DNA from: a virus
Virus record (IMG/VR): IMGVR_UViG_3300027863_000019
Coordinates: 64,001-128,000 of that record
Length of the DNA: 64,000 bases
Strand: one strand, 5' to 3'
Part shown: positions 37,054 to 45,008 of the stretch, one piece after another
Numbering within the stretch: the stretch's first letter is position 1
Layout: the number at the start of each line of letters is the position of its first letter
Notes under the pieces: generated by a model
The model's database searches: none
What the model was told of the DNA's origin: nothing
What the model saw: the letters and a program-made list of their open reading frames with translations, nothing else
Translations under genes and position numbers: made by a program

Positions 37054-37637
37054 TGTTAGCTGAAATTGATGATCTGAAAGCCTATCTTGGCTTTACTGAT
37101 GTCACGAGTGAAGATGATACACTCGATCTAATTATAGTTGGTGCCGATGCTTGGATACGAACTTATTGCGGAAGAGAGTTTGAATCAAGGCGTAGAACTC
37201 TTCGAGTAGATGCTACAGATTATTACACTTGTTGGGTTCCAGATATGCCATTAACTCAAGTTTATGCAGTTACCGCATTTACTAATATCATTGATACTGT
37301 TGGATTACCTATCGACTTAACTCGAGTTAGATACTATCAAAAAGGAATGATTTGGTCTGAACAAGCATTATTTGTTCCATCTGTGCCTAAAAGTGTTCTC
37401 GTTGACTATACTGCAGGATATGCGGCTGATGCTACTGAATTGAAAACATTAAAATGGGTTTGTTTAGAAGTAGCCGCACAAATGTATCGTAATCGTGGAA
37501 TCTTTAATCTCGACGACTATAACGCAGGTGGTGTGCAGTATCAGAAATACTCTTCCGATATTTGGCCTTTACTTGGTCCGGAAGTGATGGCGATTCTTGC
37601 GTCTTTTAAATCAGTTGGTCCGAGAGAAGATCTATAA
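37053..37637 (+). CDS. head-tail connector/adaptor (gp6/gp15-like)
   Basis: LAEIDDLKAYLG...D..L..II..A..WI..YCGR.F; VDYTAGY; LKWVCLEVAA..Y. Confidence 0.75.
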   Translation: MLAEIDDLKAYLGFTDVTSEDDTLDLIIVGADAWIRTYCGREFESRRRTLRVDATDYYTCWVPDMPLTQVYAVTAFTNIIDTVGLPIDLTRVRYYQKGMIWSEQALFVPSVPKSVLVDYTAGYAADATELKTLKWVCLEVAAQMYRNRGIFNLDDYNAGGVQYQKYSSDIWPLLGPEVMAILASFKSVGPREDL

Positions 37638-38210
37638 ATGCAATTTAACGATAAAGCATACTTCACTCGAAAGTCTGAGACCCTTGTTGATGCGTGGTCT
37701 CAAAGTTCGAGGTTAGCACTTCTACAACCTAACTTACCTGCTTTCCTTTCTGTGGAAGCTGTAATTCCAAGTGCTGGAACTTTAAACGTTACTGGTTTAA
37801 GTTCAGCTGGAGTAACAGTTACTGAAAGTATTTCATTTGATGAAAGTAGTATTAGGCTTTCAAATAATGAATATAAGTCGATTTTAACGTTAACTCCATC
37901 ATGGTCGACTTACAAAATTACTATCAAAGCGGAGGATAAACAAGGTCAACCAATTCAGGCTGCAACTTCGTTTGGGCCTTTTCCGGTAAGCGTAGTTAAC
38001 TTATCATCACAAAGACAAAGGGATAATGTCAATGTTCAAGGTTGGGAAAAAGATCAGTGGTTAATTGTTTATATTCAATCTTTCCAGCCGGAGACAAACG
38101 ACGAGGTTCGAACAACGAGGGGTTGGTCGGGCTGGGCTCAAGATGTTATTCCTGCTGCGCACATCAATTTCCCTGCAGGCTGGCAATTCTTTTTAAACAT
38201 CAGCAAATAA
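37638..38210 (+). CDS. hypothetical neck-region protein
   Basis: Position after the head-tail adaptor. Confidence 0.5.
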   Translation: MQFNDKAYFTRKSETLVDAWSQSSRLALLQPNLPAFLSVEAVIPSAGTLNVTGLSSAGVTVTESISFDESSIRLSNNEYKSILTLTPSWSTYKITIKAEDKQGQPIQAATSFGPFPVSVVNLSSQRQRDNVNVQGWEKDQWLIVYIQSFQPETNDEVRTTRGWSGWAQDVIPAAHINFPAGWQFFLNISK

Positions 38211-38228
38211 TCAAATCGTGGAGGATCT

Positions 38229-40538
38229 ATGAATCCTAAAGTTTCATTGATTTTGCCCGTTAAAAACGGGCTTCGTTACACTTTGGAGTGTTTAGAGTCT
38301 TTAAAAAATTCCAAACATATCCCTTTTGAAATCATTGTATGTGGTACTGGAACTGATGGTACTATTGCGATGATGATGGAGTGGGAACTCTTATACAATA
38401 ATATCCATTTTATTTTGAATGAATCAGGAGATACCTCATTTGGTGCAAACGTTAATATGGGCGCAGCAAAAGCGGTAGGTGATTACATTTGTGTTTTAAA
38501 TAATGACACGATTGTACCTCCTAACTGGTTAGCTTACATGGTCACTTGTTTTGAGTCTCTGGAGAAAGCTCCTGATAGACCAACTCCTCCGCCCGCGGTT
38601 GTTTCGCCAGTAAGTAACTACGTGATGTCACACCAATCAATCCAGCTTCCAGCAGATTTCCGTTTGGATATGCTCAATGAGTTCGCAGATCATGTCGCCA
38701 CTGAAAATAGGGGTAAATGGATTTATTCAGCCATCGTTTCAGGTTTCTGCATGCTCATTAAAAAATCCATCTGGAATCAATTGGGTGGATTCAATACTAA
38801 ACTTCGCAATGGAAATGAGGATGTTGAGTTCTGCTGCCGCGTGAATGAAGCGGGTTACTCTTGTTGGGTTGATAGGAGTACTTTCGTTTTTCATCATGGA
38901 TCTAAATCGTTAGCTGAAGAGGAAGATCAAGGAACTCACAATCGAATCGATTGTATTAAGTTGACTTGTGGTGCTGAGGCAACTGAAAAGAAAATTTCTC
39001 TAAACGCTCGCGTGAAGTGTTCACAAGAAGAGCTCAAGGCGTGGCTGGATCGTCATTATCATATGTTCGATATTGTGAATATCGTTGATGATGGCAGTGG
39101 ATGGGACATGGAGACCTTTCTAAAGGATGGCTATCCTAAGAGCACATATCTAAACATGTCCGGTGAAATTGAGGTTGTACAGCGCGAGAAAGCATATGAA
39201 TACTCGCTTGCTCAAGGAATGGATTGGATGGTGACTCTAGATCATGATGAGTTCCTCGAAGAGAAAATCGATCGTGAGTATCTGCAAAGATTAGCGAACA
39301 CTCCAATTCCAGGATGTTATTCGTTTATCGGGCGTTGGATTCATCTTTGGAATTCTCCAAACACTTATCATGTCTCGTATCCACCTCAAAATGGAATCTT
39401 CATGACTCGCGTTTTAAAAGGTATGAGACACTTTCAAGGTTCTCCAGGAACCTCATTGCATTGTAGTAGAATGCCAAACGTTCCTTCAGTCAGCACTGCG
39501 CCAGTGAATGTTCATATCCTTCATTATGGATATATCGATCCTGTGAGACGCGAAGAGAAACGCCAGTGGTATGAAAAGCTCGATCCAAATCCGGTTGAGT
39601 CTTTAGTTGGTGGTGTAGACTACTCTCACCTGACCAATCAAACTCACATCGTTCTTTCAGAGTGGTTCGGATCTAATAAGTACACGATCTCCCTTAATGC
39701 TCTAGCTGGATCTGAGCAGGAGCATAAAGTTCAAATGTTCCTTGAATCAATCGGTACAGTTGTTGATGAGATCGTTTTCAGGGTAGAACCTGGTCGCGAA
39801 GATTTAAAGTGGTTAATTAGTCGTTGGGGTGGTAAAGCTTATGAGAAGGAATGGTCTGATGATTATTCTGACATGAGAAACTACCTCATCAATAAATCTT
39901 CGTCCGCGTATATTCTCGTGCTAGATATGGATGAGCAATATACTAAGCCACCTGATATCATCACGATGATCGAATCTCAGCCAACTGCAATTATGTTTGG
40001 TGTGAACAATCTTCAACGTGGTAGACCTGATGTCTTCACTGAAGTTATGAGAATGTTTCAAAATCGTCCTGACATTCGTTTCTCTGGAGTCATTCATGAA
40101 ACGATTGAAGACGCGATTGGGAAAATCAAAAACAAGGTTGTCATCCGTGCGAAGGGTATCATAAACCATTTTGGGTTCTTGAACCCTGAATTACCGGACA
40201 AACTTAAAAAGTACATCAAGCTCAATAAGAAGGCAATGCACCGTGATCCAAAAGATCCAAAGCCATACTTCAACCTTGCATTGCACTATATTGAGGATGG
40301 AGACGTGAAAGAGGGAATTAAGAATCTTGAGAAGGCAATTATGCTCATGCCCAATTTCACGCTCGCCAAGATTGAATTGGCGAAACTTTATCTGAGATTT
40401 GCGAGGGCGCTGTTCTCGAGCAGCATGGGCGATATTCCGGAGAGTCATCCTTTGAAAAAGCCAGTAACAGAATTAGAGGGATATCTTAAACGTCTCGTAC
40501 CGGATAAGAATTTGCTCTTCCCTCCGCTGGATAGGTAA
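38229..40538 (+). CDS. multi-domain GT2 glycosyltransferase with C-terminal TPR
   Basis: KVSLILPV, VLNNDT, GNEDVEFC, further DxD motifs LDHDE and LDMDE, HYGY/HFGF, GVIHE, TPR PYFNLALHY...LEKAI. Confidence 0.85.
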   Translation: MNPKVSLILPVKNGLRYTLECLESLKNSKHIPFEIIVCGTGTDGTIAMMMEWELLYNNIHFILNESGDTSFGANVNMGAAKAVGDYICVLNNDTIVPPNWLAYMVTCFESLEKAPDRPTPPPAVVSPVSNYVMSHQSIQLPADFRLDMLNEFADHVATENRGKWIYSAIVSGFCMLIKKSIWNQLGGFNTKLRNGNEDVEFCCRVNEAGYSCWVDRSTFVFHHGSKSLAEEEDQGTHNRIDCIKLTCGAEATEKKISLNARVKCSQEELKAWLDRHYHMFDIVNIVDDGSGWDMETFLKDGYPKSTYLNMSGEIEVVQREKAYEYSLAQGMDWMVTLDHDEFLEEKIDREYLQRLANTPIPGCYSFIGRWIHLWNSPNTYHVSYPPQNGIFMTRVLKGMRHFQGSPGTSLHCSRMPNVPSVSTAPVNVHILHYGYIDPVRREEKRQWYEKLDPNPVESLVGGVDYSHLTNQTHIVLSEWFGSNKYTISLNALAGSEQEHKVQMFLESIGTVVDEIVFRVEPGREDLKWLISRWGGKAYEKEWSDDYSDMRNYLINKSSSAYILVLDMDEQYTKPPDIITMIESQPTAIMFGVNNLQRGRPDVFTEVMRMFQNRPDIRFSGVIHETIEDAIGKIKNKVVIRAKGIINHFGFLNPELPDKLKKYIKLNKKAMHRDPKDPKPYFNLALHYIEDGDVKEGIKNLEKAIMLMPNFTLAKIELAKLYLRFARALFSSSMGDIPESHPLKKPVTELEGYLKRLVPDKNLLFPPLDR

Positions 40539-40539
40539 A

Positions 40540-40896
40540 ATGCCAGGATTAGAAGAATACGTCCGTAAGTGGGCAGAAGTCGCTAAGCAAGAGCACGCTG
40601 CTCGAACTGAAGCAATCGTTGAGAAAATCTATACGGAAGCTAAAGACTTAGCGACTTCTGCCCCTGGGCTAAAGAATGCTGAATCTGGATTAGGTATGAG
40701 AACGGGTACTTTACTTCGTTCGATTTCGAAAAGGCGGATTATTGAACCTGATGGCTCAGTAGCGTTTGAAATTTACTACGATAAAAATATTTGTAATTAT
40801 GCGGAGTATATTGAAAACGGTACTCGAAAGATGAGACCATTCAAGATTTTGGCTTCAGCATACGATAACATTCTAGGTGAGGGAAGAAATAAATAG
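40540..40896 (+). CDS. HK97 gp10-like tail-completion protein
   Basis: RTGTLLRSI, YAEYIENGTRKMRP. Confidence 0.75.
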   Translation: MPGLEEYVRKWAEVAKQEHAARTEAIVEKIYTEAKDLATSAPGLKNAESGLGMRTGTLLRSISKRRIIEPDGSVAFEIYYDKNICNYAEYIENGTRKMRPFKILASAYDNILGEGRNK

Positions 40897-41027
40897 TGGG
40901 TAGCTGATCGGTTTTTGTGGTAATTTATTTACCATGATTCGAATCAATAGTGAAATTAGTCAACATAGAAACGGTTGCTTTCAAATTGTATTCATGGGTG
41001 TACGAATTTTTCAAGCGGTTTTTACTT

Positions 41028-41100
41028 ATGTTTAAAACATACAAATACCGGATTTTCCCTATCAAAAAACAGACTGCCTCTCTTGAGACCGTTCTGGAGG
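41028..41100 (+). mobile_element. tnpB 5'-end fragment
   Basis: 73-nt near-identical copy of 41860-41932 (MFKTYKYRIFPIKKQTASLETVLE). Confidence 0.9.
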
Positions 41101-41106
41101 TGTGCT

Positions 41107-41517
41107 ATCGGATATCTAGATGATATTGATGCGACATTACGTCGTACATTAGTTAATAATACAAATATTTCTAAGCTAGTTGGGACTCGAGTTCACCCGA
41201 CTTACTTAGCAGCGATTAAAGATCCTAAGTATCCGCTTATTTGTTTTATGCGCGTTTCACAAACTCGTGACTATCGTTACACAAAAAGAGTTTCTCCAGC
41301 TTATGATATGTATATTTACTCATCTCTTAATTATTCTGAGACCGACCAAATTTTTGATTATGTAAGACTTGCCTTAGATAATGAGTTCTTTCCCACCCCA
41401 GATGGTTCGGGAAGAATACAATTTAGAATTGTTCAAAATCCATCACAAAGTATGGATCCAGATGCCCTACTTTATTATGGTTTATTTCGAATTCAAGTAG
41501 TCGCGTTTTTTAAATAA
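41107..41517 (+). CDS. tail terminator-like (DUF3168-type) protein; start unclear
   Basis: LRRTLVNNTNISKLVGTRVHP...YPLICF...IYS...VRLALD; the N-terminal part of track ORF 40975 is an alternate frame of the tnpB fragment. Confidence 0.65.
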   Translation: MGYLDDIDATLRRTLVNNTNISKLVGTRVHPTYLAAIKDPKYPLICFMRVSQTRDYRYTKRVSPAYDMYIYSSLNYSETDQIFDYVRLALDNEFFPTPDGSGRIQFRIVQNPSQSMDPDALLYYGLFRIQVVAFFK

Positions 41518-41542
41518 AAGGAAGCCCTTCGGAGGTTCTGTA

Positions 41543-41743
41543 ATGGCTGATGATGTGAAGGATCTAGCTTGGAAGTGCCCGAGTTGTGAAGCAGTATTAG
41601 GTTATGTTACTCCCGATCTCAAGATGCTACGGATGAAATATAAAGATCATTACGTTTATATTGAGGAGGCTGTAACAATAACAACGTTATGTAGGCGTTG
41701 TGGTAAAGAATGTTTCCTTAGGCAAAAGAAATCGGATGCATAA
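41543..41743 (+). CDS. small Zn-finger protein
   Basis: WKCPSC...LCRRCG; GGAGG RBS. Confidence 0.65.
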   Translation: MADDVKDLAWKCPSCEAVLGYVTPDLKMLRMKYKDHYVYIEEAVTITTLCRRCGKECFLRQKKSDA

Positions 41744-41750
41744 GTTTGAT

Positions 41751-43002
41751 TATTGTGACGAGCAAGAGTGTTATATTCATACTCTTGTTTACGCCCATTG
41801 TCAGAATCCCTTCACTTATATCTCGAAGGGATTCTTGATTTTAAGTTTAGGTTAACCAAATGCTTAAAACATTCAAATACCGGATTTTCCCTACCAAAAA
41901 ACAGACTGCCTCTCTTGAGACCGTTCTGGAGGAATGTCGGTATCTTTACAACCGCTTGCTGGAGCAGCGCAAATACGCTTGGGATATTCAGGGAGTTTCA
42001 TTGGGATATTACCAGCAAGCCCGTATGCTACCTGGTATCAAAACAGCCCGGAATCTCCATCTGGCTTACTCTCAGGTCTTGCAAAACGTGGCAGTGCGGG
42101 TTGACCTAGCCTTCAAGGCTTTCTTCCGTCGTGTCAAAGCTGGAGAGAAACCCGGCTTTCCCCGGTTCAAGGGCAAAGGCTGGTACGATTCCATCACCTT
42201 CCCGCAGGTGCCCTTCGGTTGCTGCATCAAAGACAATAGGCTGTCGGTATCCAAGGTCGGCCACATCAAGATCGTCATGCACCGGGAGATGTACGGTAAG
42301 CCAAAGACGGCCACCATTAAGCGTTCTTCCACTGGTAAATGGTATGTGACCTTTGCTTGCGAAATTGAAGCTCAGCGCCTCCTAACTACCGATTCCTCTG
42401 CAGGAATTGACGTGGGTCTGCACACCTTTGCTATGCTTTCCAATGGCATGGCCATTGAAAATCCTCGGTTCTTCCGGGAAGAAGAAAAGGCCCTGGCTAA
42501 GGCCCAACGAAAACTGAGCAAAGCAGCTAAGGGAACGCCAGAGAGAGCTAAACAGCGCAAGGTCGTGGCTCGGGTGCATGAACGGTTAACTTGCCGCCGG
42601 AATAACTTTGCTCATCAGGAATCTCGTAAGATCGTCAATAACTACGGAACCATTTGCGTTGAAGATTTGACCGTCAACCGTATGGTTCATAACCATTGTC
42701 TCGCTAAAAGCATTGCGGACGCAGCTTGGTCCGGATTCTTCTCCATGCTCTCCTATAAGGCTGAAAGCGCCGGTAGGAAGCTGGTCAAAGTCAACCCGGC
42801 CTACACGACGCAGGACTGCCATAGGTGCGGATACCGACAAAAACTCAATCTTGCCGACCGTATCTACGCCTGTCCATGTTGTGGCTTGCATATTGACCGT
42901 GACCTCAATGCGGCTAAAAATATCCTGGCCCTGGGAATGCAGGGCTTGAGGCTGGATTCATCCGGTTCTCTAGAAGCCCTTTAAAGCCGTGGGAGCATTC
43001 AC
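41751..43002 (+). mobile_element. IS200/IS605-family tnpB-only (IS1341-type) element
   Basis: Left hairpin AGAATCCCTTC...GAAGGGATTCT at about 41803-41835, tnpB, right end ending TCAC at 43002; TTGAT at 41746-41750 is a candidate target motif; left boundary uncertain. Confidence 0.75.
41860..42984 (+). CDS. tnpB: RNA-guided endonuclease TnpB
   Basis: KYRIFP HTH, GFPRFK, RuvC D (GIDVG), E (VEDL), D (DRDLNAAKNI), Zn ribbon CHRCG/CPCCG. Confidence 0.95.
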   Translation: MLKTFKYRIFPTKKQTASLETVLEECRYLYNRLLEQRKYAWDIQGVSLGYYQQARMLPGIKTARNLHLAYSQVLQNVAVRVDLAFKAFFRRVKAGEKPGFPRFKGKGWYDSITFPQVPFGCCIKDNRLSVSKVGHIKIVMHREMYGKPKTATIKRSSTGKWYVTFACEIEAQRLLTTDSSAGIDVGLHTFAMLSNGMAIENPRFFREEEKALAKAQRKLSKAAKGTPERAKQRKVVARVHERLTCRRNNFAHQESRKIVNNYGTICVEDLTVNRMVHNHCLAKSIADAAWSGFFSMLSYKAESAGRKLVKVNPAYTTQDCHRCGYRQKLNLADRIYACPCCGLHIDRDLNAAKNILALGMQGLRLDSSGSLEAL

Positions 43003-43060
43003 AAATGTGGACAATATTTAAAACGAGCCTCGCAAGACTCTTAAAAGGGGGTTAGCAGAT

Positions 43061-43633
43061 ATGCCCTACAATCTTCCAAGTTATGACACCAATAGACTCT
43101 CGATTGGTCCTTGCATTCTTTACATTGGGCCAGCGGGAACAACTCCTACAGTCGATGTAGGAGCCGTTGAGGTTGGTGCTGACCTTTCTACGACACGTAC
43201 CAAAGAAGAAGTTTATCAGGGGTTCCCCAAAACCTTGATCGCGCAGTTTGCGACTCAAGAGACCGCGGTCCTGAAGATCTCTGGTATTGAGTGGAATGTT
43301 AACAATTTCATGTATGCGTTGGGTGCTGGTATCACTTCAAGTGCTACTAACACTGAAGTCTTAGATTTCGGTGGGCAAATCAGTTTCACCAACGTTGCTT
43401 TGAAGCTTGTGCACCAAACTCCGTACGGGTGGACTATCAACGTGTACATCTGGAATGCTCAGGGGGATGGAACCGTTTCCTTGGCGTTTACTGATACTCA
43501 CCACAAGCTGCCTTACACCTTCCATGCAATGATTCCTTGGAACAACTCAACCAAGCTTTGCACGGACTGGGCTGGCAACACGCTTCCGATGGGTAAACAG
43601 TTGTTCAAAGTTGAAATCCAAAAAGCAGCATAA
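43061..43633 (+). CDS. major tail (tube) protein
   Basis: Position before chaperones and TMP; beta-rich; paralogous to 62836-63387. Confidence 0.7.
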   Translation: MPYNLPSYDTNRLSIGPCILYIGPAGTTPTVDVGAVEVGADLSTTRTKEEVYQGFPKTLIAQFATQETAVLKISGIEWNVNNFMYALGAGITSSATNTEVLDFGGQISFTNVALKLVHQTPYGWTINVYIWNAQGDGTVSLAFTDTHHKLPYTFHAMIPWNNSTKLCTDWAGNTLPMGKQLFKVEIQKAA

Positions 43634-43674
43634 AGACAACAAATCTGAAATAGAGGTTCCGGAAGCCTTGTATT

Positions 43675-43884
43675 ATGTTAAATCAAACGTTTTTTGCTGA
43701 TGGCTGTATTACAACTCAATCTAGAATTGCGTTGAATCTCCAGGAAAAAGATAGAGCACATATTGATCGATTTGCTCAAATCTTTAATCGTGTGTATTAC
43801 TCGTTTATTGATGACGCTGGCAATCGTAAGTATTCAGTTCGTTTAAACAGTCCTCGACTTTGGGATTCCTTGTTCCGGTGTTAA
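43675..43884 (+). pseudogene. LAGLIDADG homing endonuclease remnant
   Basis: NQTFF-ADGCI...IALNLQEKDRAHIDRF...YSVRLNSPRLWDSL; the AYxLG segment before ADG is missing. Confidence 0.6.
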
Positions 43885-43929
43885 TCATCCCATTATCCAT
43901 TCACTTAGAGGTCAAAGGAGGCCTTTCAC

Positions 43930-44388
43930 ATGTCTGATATTTCAACCCTTAAAATCGTTGACATCGATGGCAATGAGAAAACTATTAGCACTAAACTTCC
44001 TTGGGGGCGAGAACGTAAGGTTCTCAAAATTGTTGGCGATCTTCTCACCGAAATTCCAGCCGATATTTTAGGTGGGGGTGATAAAACTCCAGGAGCAGCC
44101 CTCCTCGAATTTATTACTACTCAGGCACCCGAACGCGTAACCGAGATTGTTGCTATTATCCTTAGTTGTTCAAATGAGGATGTTGACAACAAGTATGATG
44201 GCGACGCAGTCTTCGCGTTTATTATCCCGTTTATTTCTCAGTACGCTGAGAAGTGGAATATGCGCCTACAGCAAGTTCCCGCGGGAATGATTCCTGGTGT
44301 AAATATTCCAGGAGCCCCGATAGGCGAAACTGCAGCTCCTGAAGTGCCAGAAGCTCAACCTGAAGGAACTGCTACGGTTGGGGAATAG
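43930..44388 (+). CDS. tail assembly chaperone
   Basis: Between tail tube and TMP; AAGGAGG RBS. Confidence 0.65.
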   Translation: MSDISTLKIVDIDGNEKTISTKLPWGRERKVLKIVGDLLTEIPADILGGGDKTPGAALLEFITTQAPERVTEIVAIILSCSNEDVDNKYDGDAVFAFIIPFISQYAEKWNMRLQQVPAGMIPGVNIPGAPIGETAAPEVPEAQPEGTATVGE

Positions 44389-45008
44389 TGGCTATTTCAT
44401 GGCGCGCATTTCTAACCCAAACTAAAACCTACACCGACGTTAATGGCGTTGAGTTAACTGTCACTCTGCCCCCTTCTTGGCTTATCGAGCTTCAACTTTG
44501 GGAGATCCTCGAAGAGTCACTTTTCGATTCATTCGGTAAAACTTTGGGAGACCCTGATTCTGTTATCCAGGCTCTCTCTTTCTTTACCGGCCTTTCTATA
44601 CAAGAAATCGAAGATAGATTTTCTGGCGATGTAATCGAGCAGATGTTTATCGATCTGTGGGATTCAATTAAGCCTGAAACTCAAGAGATTCAGGCTGCAC
44701 AAAAAGCCGAGAAATCTTTACTGGAACATGAGGTAGATTTATTTACCCATTCACTCGCAATGTTTGCTGTGGAGTGTGGATGGACTCCAATGATAGTATT
44801 ATCGATGCCAAAAAGACAAATTAATTTATTAGGATCCGCGGTGTCAGATTATGTTGCAAGTAGGCTCAAATTTCATGCAGCTATCCATGGAGCTGAGATC
44901 GAGGGTGAGCCTGGTGCCCAAAGCGCACAAAATGTAACTCAACTGGGGGATGATGTTGATATTCTGAAACAGCTTCAGTCCCAAGGGTTACCAATTGAGG
45001 TACGATAG
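44388..45008 (+). CDS. second tail assembly chaperone-like protein
   Basis: Immediately before TMP; CGWTPMIVLSMP motif typical of pre-TMP chaperones. Confidence 0.6.
   Translation: MAISWRAFLTQTKTYTDVNGVELTVTLPPSWLIELQLWEILEESLFDSFGKTLGDPDSVIQALSFFTGLSIQEIEDRFSGDVIEQMFIDLWDSIKPETQEIQAAQKAEKSLLEHEVDLFTHSLAMFAVECGWTPMIVLSMPKRQINLLGSAVSDYVASRLKFHAAIHGAEIEGEPGAQSAQNVTQLGDDVDILKQLQSQGLPIEVR

Noticed and set aside
41768-42949. Alternate-frame and antisense ORFs over tnpB, and similar short ORFs nested in Ro60, capsid and TMP genes
   Set aside because: Shadow ORFs with no motifs or RBS, overlapping well-supported genes.
44370-44395. Programmed -1 frameshift between tail chaperones
   Set aside because: No canonical XXXYYYZ heptamer seen near the stop; the second ORF has its own overlapping GTG start.
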